DNA of 64,000 bases, from positions 8,781 to 72,780 of the forward strand of contig PTKH01000005.1 of NCBI GenBank assembly GCA_002937655.1, written 5' to 3'. The notes under the pieces are model-generated. The model had not been told where the DNA came from and did not search any database. It saw only the letters and a list, made by a program, of their open reading frames with translations. Positions 30,483 to 40,217 of the stretch are shown in pieces (positions within the stretch are counted from its first letter, which is position 1; each line of letters starts with the position of its first letter). A program made the translations under genes and the position numbers. The DNA is from Alphaproteobacteria bacterium MarineAlpha9_Bin3. Lineage in GTDB: Bacteria > Pseudomonadota > Alphaproteobacteria > TMED109.

Positions 30483-32366
30483 TTGTGCGGTATTGCTGGT
30501 ATTTTAAGCCTAAATAATAGTCAAATATATAATGTACATAATCGTTCATTATTAATGATGTCGATGCTTAATAAAAGAGGTCCAGATTATAATGGGTATT
30601 GGGTAGACGACAATAACCTGGTTAGTATTATCAATACAAGATTATCAATAGTAGATGTTAATAATAAGTTTAAAGTGCCACTTATTTCTAATTCTAAGAA
30701 TTCTATATTAACTTATAACGGTGAAATCTATAATTATAAAGATTTATATAATTATTTAACTTCTAAAGGTATTTTTTTAAAGCATAAGTCTGATACTGAG
30801 ATTATGCTTGAAGGTTTAGAAAGGTATGGTGTTGAATTTCTTAAGCAAATAGACGGTTTTTGGTCTTTAGGTTTATTCAATAAAAGTAAAAATAAATTTC
30901 TACTAAGTAGAGATTTAATGGGTGAGAAAAGCTTATATTATCTTTTAACTAAAGATGAGCTAATATTTTGTTCTGAGATTGATCCAATAATTGCAGTAGC
31001 ACGAAATAATTGTGAAATTAATTATAGTGCTTTAATATCAAGTTTTAGATATCGAACAGCTCCTGTCAATGAAACTATTATTAAAGGTATTTCTAAATTA
31101 TCAGCAGGACATTCTCTTTTATGTGATTTGAATAAAGGTAAAATAAAAAATATAGCTACGCAAAAATTTGAAATTGAACCATGGATAGATTTTTTTAATT
31201 CAGAGCCTAATGAAAAAAAAATTTTAGATATTTATGAAGAACATCTTTATGATTCTGTACAAAAAAGAATTCCTAACGAAGTAGATTATTATGCAACCCT
31301 ATCAGGTGGGATAGATAGTAATTTAATTACTATATTTGCTTCTAATTTTTCTAAAATAAATATTAATACCGTTTATGCGCATAGTTCAGATAGTCCTCCA
31401 AAGAGAGGAGAAGATTTGGATGAATATGAAGCTAGTTTATTTACCTCTAATAAGTTAAATACTAATCATAAGTCTTTTTCTATAATCAGCGAAAATGGCT
31501 TTCAAAATTACCAAAATTTATCAAAAAATTGTTTTGATGGAGTTTTGTGCGAAGGTCTTCCTAGTTTCGCCTCTATAGCAGAATTTATAAAAGAAAAAAA
31601 ATCAAAAGTCTTACTATTATCTGATGGCCCAGACGAATTTTTAGGTGGTTATGATGTAGACAAAAATCTCTATGAAGATATTTTTACAAATGATAAATCA
31701 ATAATCTCAAAAAATAGAAAAGAAAACTTAAAATATTTTACTGAAAAACCTTTTAATTTTAGACCTATACATGGAGGAACAAGCCCAAAAGTATTAAGTC
31801 AGATCTTTAATAGAGATATTTTAGATAATTCTAATTCTAAATTTGGTACAATAGACAATCTCTATAGAGATATATATGAAAGAATTGATTTGAGTCAAAA
31901 AATGGCACTCTCTTATGCATCATATAGTTTGCCTGATTACTTTAATACCAGAACAGATCGATCCACTATGTATCATTCTGTAGAAGCACGTCTACCATTT
32001 CAAACACCTTCTCTTGTAAATTTAATGATCGGCACTCCTGGTAAATGGAGATATAAAAATAAAATCAGTAAATATATTCTAAGAAAAATTGTAGAGAGAC
32101 ATTTAGGAAAAGATATAGCTTTTAGAAATAAGTATGGTTTTGCTTTTCCTATATGGAAAAATAAACTTTATCTTGATAAATTAAATATGGAAGAAAATAT
32201 TTTAAATAGCGAATTATTTAAGACTTCATTTTTTAATGAAAGTGCTCTAAATTTTTTTAAAATAGAAGCTAAAACTAATAACTTAAGACATGTATGGATG
32301 TCATATTGTGTGGTGCAGACATATAAAAACTTAAAAGATATTAATAAAAGTAAATTAAATAAATAA
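30483..32366 (+). CDS. asparagine synthase (glutamine-hydrolysing) family amidotransferase
   Basis: TTG start followed by the nucleophile Cys (MCGIAG). PP-loop SGGIDS; 627 aa. Confidence 0.8.
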   Translation: MCGIAGILSLNNSQIYNVHNRSLLMMSMLNKRGPDYNGYWVDDNNLVSIINTRLSIVDVNNKFKVPLISNSKNSILTYNGEIYNYKDLYNYLTSKGIFLKHKSDTEIMLEGLERYGVEFLKQIDGFWSLGLFNKSKNKFLLSRDLMGEKSLYYLLTKDELIFCSEIDPIIAVARNNCEINYSALISSFRYRTAPVNETIIKGISKLSAGHSLLCDLNKGKIKNIATQKFEIEPWIDFFNSEPNEKKILDIYEEHLYDSVQKRIPNEVDYYATLSGGIDSNLITIFASNFSKININTVYAHSSDSPPKRGEDLDEYEASLFTSNKLNTNHKSFSIISENGFQNYQNLSKNCFDGVLCEGLPSFASIAEFIKEKKSKVLLLSDGPDEFLGGYDVDKNLYEDIFTNDKSIISKNRKENLKYFTEKPFNFRPIHGGTSPKVLSQIFNRDILDNSNSKFGTIDNLYRDIYERIDLSQKMALSYASYSLPDYFNTRTDRSTMYHSVEARLPFQTPSLVNLMIGTPGKWRYKNKISKYILRKIVERHLGKDIAFRNKYGFAFPIWKNKLYLDKLNMEENILNSELFKTSFFNESALNFFKIEAKTNNLRHVWMSYCVVQTYKNLKDINKSKLNK

Positions 32367-32394
32367 AATGATATTTAAATTAAAATATTTTTAA

Positions 32395-33741
32395 TTAATC
32401 ATTGAGACCAATTGTTAGGTAACTAGAATTTTTAAAATCTGTTTTATTAAACATTCTACGTACATCTATTATAATTTTATTTTTTATACTCTCTTTTAAT
32501 AAATTTTTATATTCTGGCCATTTTGTTGATATGATGATTACTTCATGGTTTTGAATACACTTCTGCCAATTTTCTATAATATTTATTTTAGAATATATAT
32601 GGGGCATTTCTTTTTTTAAATTTTCTATACAAGCTGGATCATGTGCAGTGATCTTAGATTTATAATCAATTAAGTATTCTATTATTTTTATAGAAGTAGA
32701 GTCCCTAATATCATCACTAAATTCTTTAAATGATATACCTAATAATAAAATTTTAGCATCTTTTAAATTATTTATTTTTCTTCTTAATAGTTCAACAACT
32801 TCAGCAGGTTGTTTATGATTTACATTTAATACCGCATCTAAAATTAACATAGGATAATCTAAAGAACGTCCTACACTAGAAATAGCTTTAACATCTTTAG
32901 GAAAACAGCTACCACCAAAACCTGAGCCAGGAATAAGATAATTTAAAATTTCTGGGTTTACTCTAGTATTATCTGGATTTATAGGATTCCATCTTTTATC
33001 TAAGCTAATACCTTTGACGACATCTAAAATATCTATTCCGCCTATTCGCGACGACAGGTTTGCTAGCTCGTTAATTATTGATATTTGGCAGGCTAATAAG
33101 GCATTATTAGAATATTTGATCATTTCTGCAGTTTTAGTATTAACAAATAATTTTTCAATTTTCCAAGGTAAATATAATTTTTCAAGAATATCCTTTGTAA
33201 AAAAGTCTTCATAACCTAAAATTATTCTATCAGGATTATTGAAATCGTATATTGCACTTCCTTCTCGTAAAAATTCAGGATTCATACCTAGTCCAAAATC
33301 AGGATGTAATTTTTTTGAATATTTTTCTATTTCTGATTTAACTAAATTATAAGTAGTGCCAGGAACAACAGTACTTTTTACAACTACAGCTATTTTATTT
33401 TTAGCATTTTTAATAAAAAGTGCTGCGTCTTTAGCAGCTTGTTTTAAATAAGATAGATTTATACTTCCATCAGCTAATGATGGTGTTCCAACAGCTATCA
33501 TTATTAAATCTATATTTTTATTATGATCAGGAAAAGTATTTGAAACTTTAAATAATTTTTTATCTATTACTTCTTTTAAGTATGGTTGTAAGTCTTTCTC
33601 ATATATATGTGGTGTGCTATTATTAATAGCGTCAACTATTGCCATATTTTTTTCTATGCAAGTTACATTATTTCCTTTTTTAGCTAAAGAAACAGCAGTA
33701 ACTAAACCTACATAACCGCAACCAATAATTATTATATTCAT
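32395..33741 (-). CDS. nucleotide-sugar (UDP-glucose/GDP-mannose family) 6-dehydrogenase
   Basis: IIGCGYVGL Rossmann motif and GFGGSCFPKD catalytic Cys motif; 448 aa. Confidence 0.85.
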   Translation of the reverse strand: MNIIIIGCGYVGLVTAVSLAKKGNNVTCIEKNMAIVDAINNSTPHIYEKDLQPYLKEVIDKKLFKVSNTFPDHNKNIDLIMIAVGTPSLADGSINLSYLKQAAKDAALFIKNAKNKIAVVVKSTVVPGTTYNLVKSEIEKYSKKLHPDFGLGMNPEFLREGSAIYDFNNPDRIILGYEDFFTKDILEKLYLPWKIEKLFVNTKTAEMIKYSNNALLACQISIINELANLSSRIGGIDILDVVKGISLDKRWNPINPDNTRVNPEILNYLIPGSGFGGSCFPKDVKAISSVGRSLDYPMLILDAVLNVNHKQPAEVVELLRRKINNLKDAKILLLGISFKEFSDDIRDSTSIKIIEYLIDYKSKITAHDPACIENLKKEMPHIYSKINIIENWQKCIQNHEVIIISTKWPEYKNLLKESIKNKIIIDVRRMFNKTDFKNSSYLTIGLND

Positions 33742-34847
33742 TTACCTTCTTGCTTTATAAAAGTTAAATATTGTTTTACGCCACTCTCTATAGAAATTTG
33801 TGGATGATAGTTTAACAAAGTTTTAGCTTTTGTTATATTAGGACATCGTCTATTAGGATTATTTGTCATATAGTCAGCATCCTTACTATCTTCAAATTTA
33901 ATTTTTCCAGAATACTTAAATAATATTTTTCCATAGTTTTCAAATATTTTTGCAAATTCAATTACCGATATTTCTTGAGAATCTGATCCTATATTAAAAT
34001 AATCATATTTGCCATAAAGCAAACATGCTAAATATCCAGAAATTGCATCAGAAATATAACAAAATGTTCTTGTTGGAGCTCCATTAGAATAAATTATAAT
34101 ATCTTTATTATCTACAATACATTTTGCTAAATCTGCTGGTAATCTTTTATCATTAATATTCATTCCAGGACCAAAGTTATTAAATGGTCTAGCTATAGTT
34201 ATTGGCATATCATATTTTTGTGAATATACCCAGCATAATGTTTCTCCAAATCTTTTAGACTCATCGTAACATGCTCTTGGTCCACTGCATAATACATTGC
34301 CTGGATAATCTTCATCCGTAGGAATTTTACTAGATTCAGGGTCTCCGTATATCTCGCTAGATGAGAAAAATAGAAACCCATCTAATTTTTTACTATTTTT
34401 GAAAAGATCTAAGAGTTTTCTTAGTCCCCATACATTGGCATCAATTGTTTCTAATGGATATTTTCTATAAAATGTTGGTGATGCAATTGAAGCACAATGA
34501 ATTACTAAATTAACTTCTCCTATACTTGGTATATTTGTAAGATCATCATCAGCTATATCAAACTGAGATAAAAAAAATAAATTAGAATACTTATTCTCTA
34601 AAGTTTTTATCCAATTTGGCTCATTAATAATAAAATTATCTAAGCCAATTATTTTTTTTATTCTTAATTTTTTGGAATAAAGCAATAAAAATTGTAGAAA
34701 ATAAAAACCTAAGAAACCAGCACATCCTGTAATTAAAATAGTTTTATTATTAAGTTTATTTAAGCAATCTACTGAGGAATATATATGTTTTAAATCTTCT
34801 TCTAAAATATTATTGTTAGATTTAAATTTAATATTATTATTTATCAA
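33738..34847 (-). CDS. UDP-glucuronate decarboxylase-like SDR (UXS / ArnA C-domain type)
   Basis: ITGCAGFLG Rossmann motif and YDESKRFGE catalytic motif. Overlaps the downstream dehydrogenase by 4 nt. Confidence 0.65.
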   Translation of the reverse strand: MINNNIKFKSNNNILEEDLKHIYSSVDCLNKLNNKTILITGCAGFLGFYFLQFLLLYSKKLRIKKIIGLDNFIINEPNWIKTLENKYSNLFFLSQFDIADDDLTNIPSIGEVNLVIHCASIASPTFYRKYPLETIDANVWGLRKLLDLFKNSKKLDGFLFFSSSEIYGDPESSKIPTDEDYPGNVLCSGPRACYDESKRFGETLCWVYSQKYDMPITIARPFNNFGPGMNINDKRLPADLAKCIVDNKDIIIYSNGAPTRTFCYISDAISGYLACLLYGKYDYFNIGSDSQEISVIEFAKIFENYGKILFKYSGKIKFEDSKDADYMTNNPNRRCPNITKAKTLLNYHPQISIESGVKQYLTFIKQEGK

Positions 34848-35075
34848 AATATATATCCATAAATTAAAATTTTTGTATTTAGAAGGCTATTTAATTTTTT
34901 CCTATGAGTCTTTTTATTTATATATAAAATAAATATAAATGAAACATAATATTTAAAAATAAATTTTAATAAGATTATATAAAAAATTGGAGATATAAGA
35001 TAATATATTAATTTATTTCAGAAATTATTTGGCTTTAAAATTATTTTATTCTAAGTTGCGATTAGAGGAAATAAA

Positions 35076-35843
35076 ATGAAAGTAGTAATTTTAGCTGGAG
35101 GACTAGGAACTCGTCTTTCAGAAGAAACTAAGTCTATCCCTAAGCCCATGGTCAGAATAGGAGATTTTCCAATTATTTGGCATATAATGAAATATTATAG
35201 CCATTTTAATTTTAATGATTTTATAATATGTCTTGGTTATAAGGGAAATAAGTTAAAAGAATTTTTCTTAAATTATTCTATGTATATGTGTGATGTCAAA
35301 ATTAATACTAAGCATGGTACTGTTGAAACAACTAACCGTATCTCTGAAGATTGGAATATTGAATTAGTAGAAACAGGCCTGGAGACTATGACGGGGGGTA
35401 GGCTAAAAAGAATTAGGCATTTATTGGGTGATGAAGATTTTTTAATGACTTATGGTGATGGATTATCTAATGTAGATATAAATGAATTGATCACTTTTCA
35501 TAAAAGTAATAAAAGAAAAGCTACTATAACTTCTGTTGTACCCCCAAGTAGATTTGGAAGTTTAAAAATAAATAATAATGTAGTTGAGAGTTTTAAAGAG
35601 AAGCCAATAGGTAAAAATGAAAGAATAAATGGGGGTTATTTTGTTCTCTCTCCTAAAGTAATTGATTATATTGATGATGATCAGACAGTTTGGGAAAAAG
35701 GTCCTTTAGAAAATATAGCTAAAGATAATGAATTAATGGCATTTCAGCATGATGGTTTTTGGCAACCTATGGACACTCTAAGAGATAAGGAATTATTAGA
35801 AAAATTATGGCTTAATAATAATGCCCCATGGAAAAATTGGTAA
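35076..35843 (+). CDS. rfbF: glucose-1-phosphate cytidylyltransferase
   Basis: 255 aa. VILAGGLGTRLSEETKSIPKPMV and colinear RfbF features (CLGYKG, TGGRLKR, FWQPMDTLRD). Confidence 0.85.
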   Translation: MKVVILAGGLGTRLSEETKSIPKPMVRIGDFPIIWHIMKYYSHFNFNDFIICLGYKGNKLKEFFLNYSMYMCDVKINTKHGTVETTNRISEDWNIELVETGLETMTGGRLKRIRHLLGDEDFLMTYGDGLSNVDINELITFHKSNKRKATITSVVPPSRFGSLKINNNVVESFKEKPIGKNERINGGYFVLSPKVIDYIDDDQTVWEKGPLENIAKDNELMAFQHDGFWQPMDTLRDKELLEKLWLNNNAPWKNW

Positions 35844-35845
35844 TA

Positions 35846-36376
35846 CTATTTTAAATAAATAAGATTTTTATCTTTATTACTTAAAATCGGATTTTTTATA
35901 GGCCATTTATATCCAAATGATTTGTAATGAATTCCAGTATCTGACTCTAAATTAAATACTGAAGTCATTTGGTTAAGAACTATTGCATACCTAGATAATA
36001 CTAGAAATCCGTGTGCATAACCATTGGGAATATAAAGTGACTTATTATTATTTTTTGATAGTTCTACAGAGAAATATTGACCTTTAGTTGCTTTTTTAAC
36101 ACTTACACAAACATCTAATATTTTACCTTCTATAACACTAATCAATTTAGCATGCCCATGAGGAGCTTTCTGATAATGCATACCTCTCAAAACATTGCGG
36201 TGAGAAAAAGAATAGTATGATTCCTTAAATTCTGATTCAAGATTTTCATTTTTAAATACATCTGCATTAAACGTTTTTATAAAATCACCTCTATTATCTT
36301 TAAATTTAGATTTTTCTATTACAAATACGTCATTAAGATGAGTTTTTATAAAATTAAATTGCTTGTTTTCAGCCAT
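35846..36376 (-). CDS. NDP-4-dehydro-6-deoxyhexose 3,5-epimerase (RmlC cupin family)
   Basis: 176 aa. DNRGDF and LRGMHYQ...HAKL motifs. Confidence 0.8.
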   Translation of the reverse strand: MAENKQFNFIKTHLNDVFVIEKSKFKDNRGDFIKTFNADVFKNENLESEFKESYYSFSHRNVLRGMHYQKAPHGHAKLISVIEGKILDVCVSVKKATKGQYFSVELSKNNNKSLYIPNGYAHGFLVLSRYAIVLNQMTSVFNLESDTGIHYKSFGYKWPIKNPILSNKDKNLIYLK

Positions 36377-36398
36377 AAATTATCCTTTAAATTAGTAT

Positions 36399-37229
36399 CT
36401 AAGGTTCACCCCAAAGTTGTGTATTCTCATCTTTTCTATAACCATAATATCCAGTATTAAGTTTTATATATATACCTTTTTCTTTCATTCTTTTTTTCAT
36501 TAAATCTTTTAATAAAATTGGTTTTCCTTTACATATATTATAAGTTCCATCTAATTTAGATAATTTTTCAATGATTTTTTTAGCTACTACATTTATTTCT
36601 AAGTAATCCAATAATTGATCACCAGGAGACATGTTGAATATTTTATCTCCTCTTTCAAGTGCTGAATCTAGTAATGGAATAATGCTATTTTCATTCTGTC
36701 CTTCTCCATACATATAAAATAGTCTTAACCAAAGCAAATTAAAATCACTTTTATTTTGGAGTAACCTTAAAGACTTATGTAACATATCTTTTGATATTGA
36801 ATATGCATCATTTGGCATGGTTATTGAATTTGCTTTTATAGGACTTTTTTGAAGCCCGTATTCAAAACAGGTTCCTGTTATGACAATATTTTTTATTCCA
36901 TTTTTAATCATATTTTTTATGAAGTAATAATTATTAATATAGTTTTTTTCTATATGATTTATTGAATGAATATCTTTTACCTCACTCCATGCACAATGTA
37001 TTAGAGTTGCATTTTGTGGAACTTTAATGGGTTTATCATATTCTTCTAAATCGAAATATATTTTAGGAAGATTTTTTAAATAGTCTATAGATAATACTTT
37101 ATTTTTATTACGAATTAAGATACTAACTTTATAATTATTATTTATTAAATTTTTAACTATGTTTCGTCCAACAAAACCTGTAGCACCACTTACAATTATA
37201 TTTTTATTTAAATTATTTTTCTTAATCAT
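36399..37229 (-). CDS. NAD-dependent sugar epimerase/reductase (SDR)
   Basis: VSGATGFVGRNIV Rossmann motif and YSISK catalytic pair. Confidence 0.65.
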   Translation of the reverse strand: MIKKNNLNKNIIVSGATGFVGRNIVKNLINNNYKVSILIRNKNKVLSIDYLKNLPKIYFDLEEYDKPIKVPQNATLIHCAWSEVKDIHSINHIEKNYINNYYFIKNMIKNGIKNIVITGTCFEYGLQKSPIKANSITMPNDAYSISKDMLHKSLRLLQNKSDFNLLWLRLFYMYGEGQNENSIIPLLDSALERGDKIFNMSPGDQLLDYLEINVVAKKIIEKLSKLDGTYNICKGKPILLKDLMKKRMKEKGIYIKLNTGYYGYRKDENTQLWGEP

Positions 37230-37250
37230 TTTATTATAATATTTATTTTT

Positions 37251-38258
37251 CTAGATATAATATTTTGATGGATTATTAATTTTTTTCTCTTTAAATCTCT
37301 TTTCCCACCAACTTATAGTTTTTTCTAGTCCTACTTCAATATTTGTCTTAGGAAGCCAATTTGTACTTTTATGTATTTTTGTTGAGGAAGCAATCAAATG
37401 GTTCACTTCAGATTTTTTAGGTCTTAACCTATTTTTATCTTGTATCACTTTTTTATCGCTATTAGTAATTTTTTTAATTAATTGTAAGGTTTTTTCGATT
37501 GATATAGCTTTACCGGATCCAGCATTGTATGAACTTCCAAAAACAATATCATTAGAGGATAATTCTGCTAATTTTATAAAAGCATCAACTGTATCTAGTA
37601 CATAATTAAAATCTCTTTTAGGGGATAGGTCACCAGTTTTAATAACTTTACAATTATTATCTAATACTTGTCTAATAATAGTAGGAATAACAGCTCTTTC
37701 ACTTTGTCTAGGGCCGTAGGTATTGAAAGGTCTCAGAATTACGGCTGGAGTATTAAATGATTTTACAAAAGATTCTAAAAGGTGATCTGCAGCAATTTTA
37801 GACGCTGAATAAGGTGATTGTGCTTGCAATTTATGGTCTTCATCAATAGGGGTATATATTGCGCTTCCGTATACTTCGCTAGTTGATGTACTTATTAATC
37901 TTTTTACAGAGTTTATATTAGAAGCTTGCAAAACATTTAATGTACCTAAAACATTTGTGTCAATATAAGACTTAGGTGCCTTATATGAGTAAGGTATAGC
38001 TATTAAAGCTGCTAAATGAAATATTGTATCAATTCTTTTAGTTATATCTATCATTAAATTTTGATCTCTAATATCACCAAATATTATTTCTATTGAATCT
38101 AAAGATTTTTTATTCAGATCATTTAGCCATCCTATATCACTATAAGAGTTATATAGAACTAATGCTTTCACGTTAGCACCTGTTTTAACTAGAACTTCAC
38201 ATAAATGAGAACCAATAAAACCTTCTGCACCTGTTATTAATACATTTTTATTTTTCAT
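37251..38258 (-). CDS. NAD-dependent nucleotide-sugar 4,6-dehydratase/epimerase (SDR, LegB-like subgroup)
   Basis: ITGAEGFIGSHL, YSASKIAAD, and the YNSYSDIGWLNDL insertion that I associate with LegB-type dehydratases (from memory). Confidence 0.6.
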   Translation of the reverse strand: MKNKNVLITGAEGFIGSHLCEVLVKTGANVKALVLYNSYSDIGWLNDLNKKSLDSIEIIFGDIRDQNLMIDITKRIDTIFHLAALIAIPYSYKAPKSYIDTNVLGTLNVLQASNINSVKRLISTSTSEVYGSAIYTPIDEDHKLQAQSPYSASKIAADHLLESFVKSFNTPAVILRPFNTYGPRQSERAVIPTIIRQVLDNNCKVIKTGDLSPKRDFNYVLDTVDAFIKLAELSSNDIVFGSSYNAGSGKAISIEKTLQLIKKITNSDKKVIQDKNRLRPKKSEVNHLIASSTKIHKSTNWLPKTNIEVGLEKTISWWEKRFKEKKINNPSKYYI

Positions 38259-38336
38259 TTTATACCTTATAGTTTATAAAATATAATATAGTTATAGGTA
38301 ATTTTTTATTTATATCCTAGTTAAAAATTTAGATTG

Positions 38337-39401
38337 ATGAAAAAGAGTATGAGTGTTTCGATAAGTATTAATAATAGAAAAGTAGGGCCCGAATTTCGTC
38401 CATTAGTTATTGCTGAGGTAGGAATTAACCACGAAGGCGATTTTGATAAGGCTATTTCTATGGTGGATGCTGCATCAAATGTAGGGGCAGAAATTATAAA
38501 ATTTCAAACTCACATTACTGATAAGGAAATGATTCAAACAGATATGAGACCGGGAGATATCTCAGATGAGAGTTTATGGGATATAATAAAGCGGTGTGAA
38601 CTAACAGAAGAAGAAGAAATTAAAGTACAACAATATTGCAACAAAAAAAATATAACTTACTTATCTACTCCTTTTTCTAGGGAAGCAGCTGATAGATTGG
38701 AAAAAATGGGAGTCCCAGCTTTTAAAATTGGTTCAGGAGAATGTAATAATTTACCGTTAATCAATCATATAGCTGCGAAGAAAAAACCTATTATTTTATC
38801 CACTGGTATGAATGACCTCCAATCAATTTCTAAGACTATAAAGGTAATTGAAGGTCAAAAATGTCCTGTTATAATTTTACATTGTACCAGCATGTATCCA
38901 ACACCATATTCTAATGTTAGGTTGGGTGCTATAACAGAACTAAAAGAAAAATTTATAAAATATCCTATTGGTTTATCAGATCATTCTTTGGGTATTGAAA
39001 CATGTTTGGGGGCAGTTGCACTTGGGGCATGTGTTTTGGAAAAACATTTTACTTTAACTAGAGATTGGCCTGGTCCAGATATCGGGATATCTATAGAGCC
39101 AGAAGAACTTAAAAATTTAATAAATGGTTCCAAAATTATATGGGAAGCTAGAGGTGGCAAAAAAAATATTTTATTAGAAGAAAAACCAGTTATAGATTTT
39201 GCTTATGCCTCCATAGTAAGTATTAGATCTATAAAGGCAGGAGAAGCTTTTTCATTAGATAATATATGGGTAAAAAGACCTGGAAATGGCGAATTATTAG
39301 CAGATAGCTTTGATAAGGTTATAGGCTTGTTAGCTAGAAATGATATTGAGGCTAATAAGCAGATTGAGGCTAAAGATATCATAGATTTTAAAGAGAAATA
39401 A
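38337..39401 (+). CDS. neuB: N-acylneuraminate-type (nonulosonic acid) synthase, NeuB/LegI/PseI family
   Basis: VIAEVGINHEGD, KFQTH and a C-terminal SAF domain. The track start TTG 38334 is one codon upstream. Confidence 0.85.
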   Translation: MKKSMSVSISINNRKVGPEFRPLVIAEVGINHEGDFDKAISMVDAASNVGAEIIKFQTHITDKEMIQTDMRPGDISDESLWDIIKRCELTEEEEIKVQQYCNKKNITYLSTPFSREAADRLEKMGVPAFKIGSGECNNLPLINHIAAKKKPIILSTGMNDLQSISKTIKVIEGQKCPVIILHCTSMYPTPYSNVRLGAITELKEKFIKYPIGLSDHSLGIETCLGAVALGACVLEKHFTLTRDWPGPDIGISIEPEELKNLINGSKIIWEARGGKKNILLEEKPVIDFAYASIVSIRSIKAGEAFSLDNIWVKRPGNGELLADSFDKVIGLLARNDIEANKQIEAKDIIDFKEK

Positions 39402-40213
39402 TGAAAGTAATAATTTCAGGATCTTCTGGTTTTATTGGTTCTCATCTTTCAAAAAATTTACTTTTATTAGATAAAGAAGTAATAGCTGCTTCTAGAAATG
39501 TTGCTTTAAATGTAAATTATAGAATTAAGTCATATAACGAATTAATAAACTTATATAATGGTAGTAGTTTTCTTGTTCACCTAGCAGGTTCAAATTTAAA
39601 TATAGATTTAGATATAAATAATGAGAAAGAAACAATTAAAGAATTAGCTACAGTATATAAAAATAAATTAATATATATTTCTAGTGCAACGGTGTACGGA
39701 AGTAATTCACTAGAAAAAGTTAATGAATTTTCCAAAATTAATCCATTAAATAGTTATGCAAAAAATAAATTATTATGCGAAAAAGAGGTAGTTAAAAATG
39801 GAGGAATAGTTTTAAGAGTATCAAATGTTTTTGGTCCTTTGATGTCAAATAAAAGTGTATTTTATGATATTTTAAAGCAATTATGTAAAAAAAATATTAT
39901 TTTAGAGAATTTTCAAGCTGAGCGCGATTTTATCTTTATTGATGATGTTTGTAATGCTATTAAAAGTGTATTAGATGACCCTTGCGAAGGAATTTATAAT
40001 GTTTCAAGTGGTAGAGGCACTTCAATTAAAAATATATGTGATATTATATTAGAATTAAAAGGCTTAGATATTAACAATTTTAATTATATTTCTAAAAATA
40101 AAAGAAAATCAACTCTTATAATAGATTCGAGTTTATTTAAAAGAACATTTAAATGGAATAGAACAACGTCATTAAAACAAGGCATAAAAAAATTATTAAC
40201 TGAAGAAATATAA
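39401..40213 (+). CDS. NAD-dependent epimerase/dehydratase family protein
   Basis: ISGSSGFIGSHL Rossmann motif and YAKNK. Start overlaps the neuB stop. Confidence 0.6.
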   Translation: MKVIISGSSGFIGSHLSKNLLLLDKEVIAASRNVALNVNYRIKSYNELINLYNGSSFLVHLAGSNLNIDLDINNEKETIKELATVYKNKLIYISSATVYGSNSLEKVNEFSKINPLNSYAKNKLLCEKEVVKNGGIVLRVSNVFGPLMSNKSVFYDILKQLCKKNIILENFQAERDFIFIDDVCNAIKSVLDDPCEGIYNVSSGRGTSIKNICDIILELKGLDINNFNYISKNKRKSTLIIDSSLFKRTFKWNRTTSLKQGIKKLLTEEI

Positions 40214-40217
40214 AATC

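Noticed and set aside
32367-32394. Possible bidirectional terminator (ATATTT-aaatta-AAATAT) between the convergent AsnB-like and dehydrogenase genes
   Set aside because: The stem is 6 bp and A-T only, far too weak to call an intrinsic terminator.
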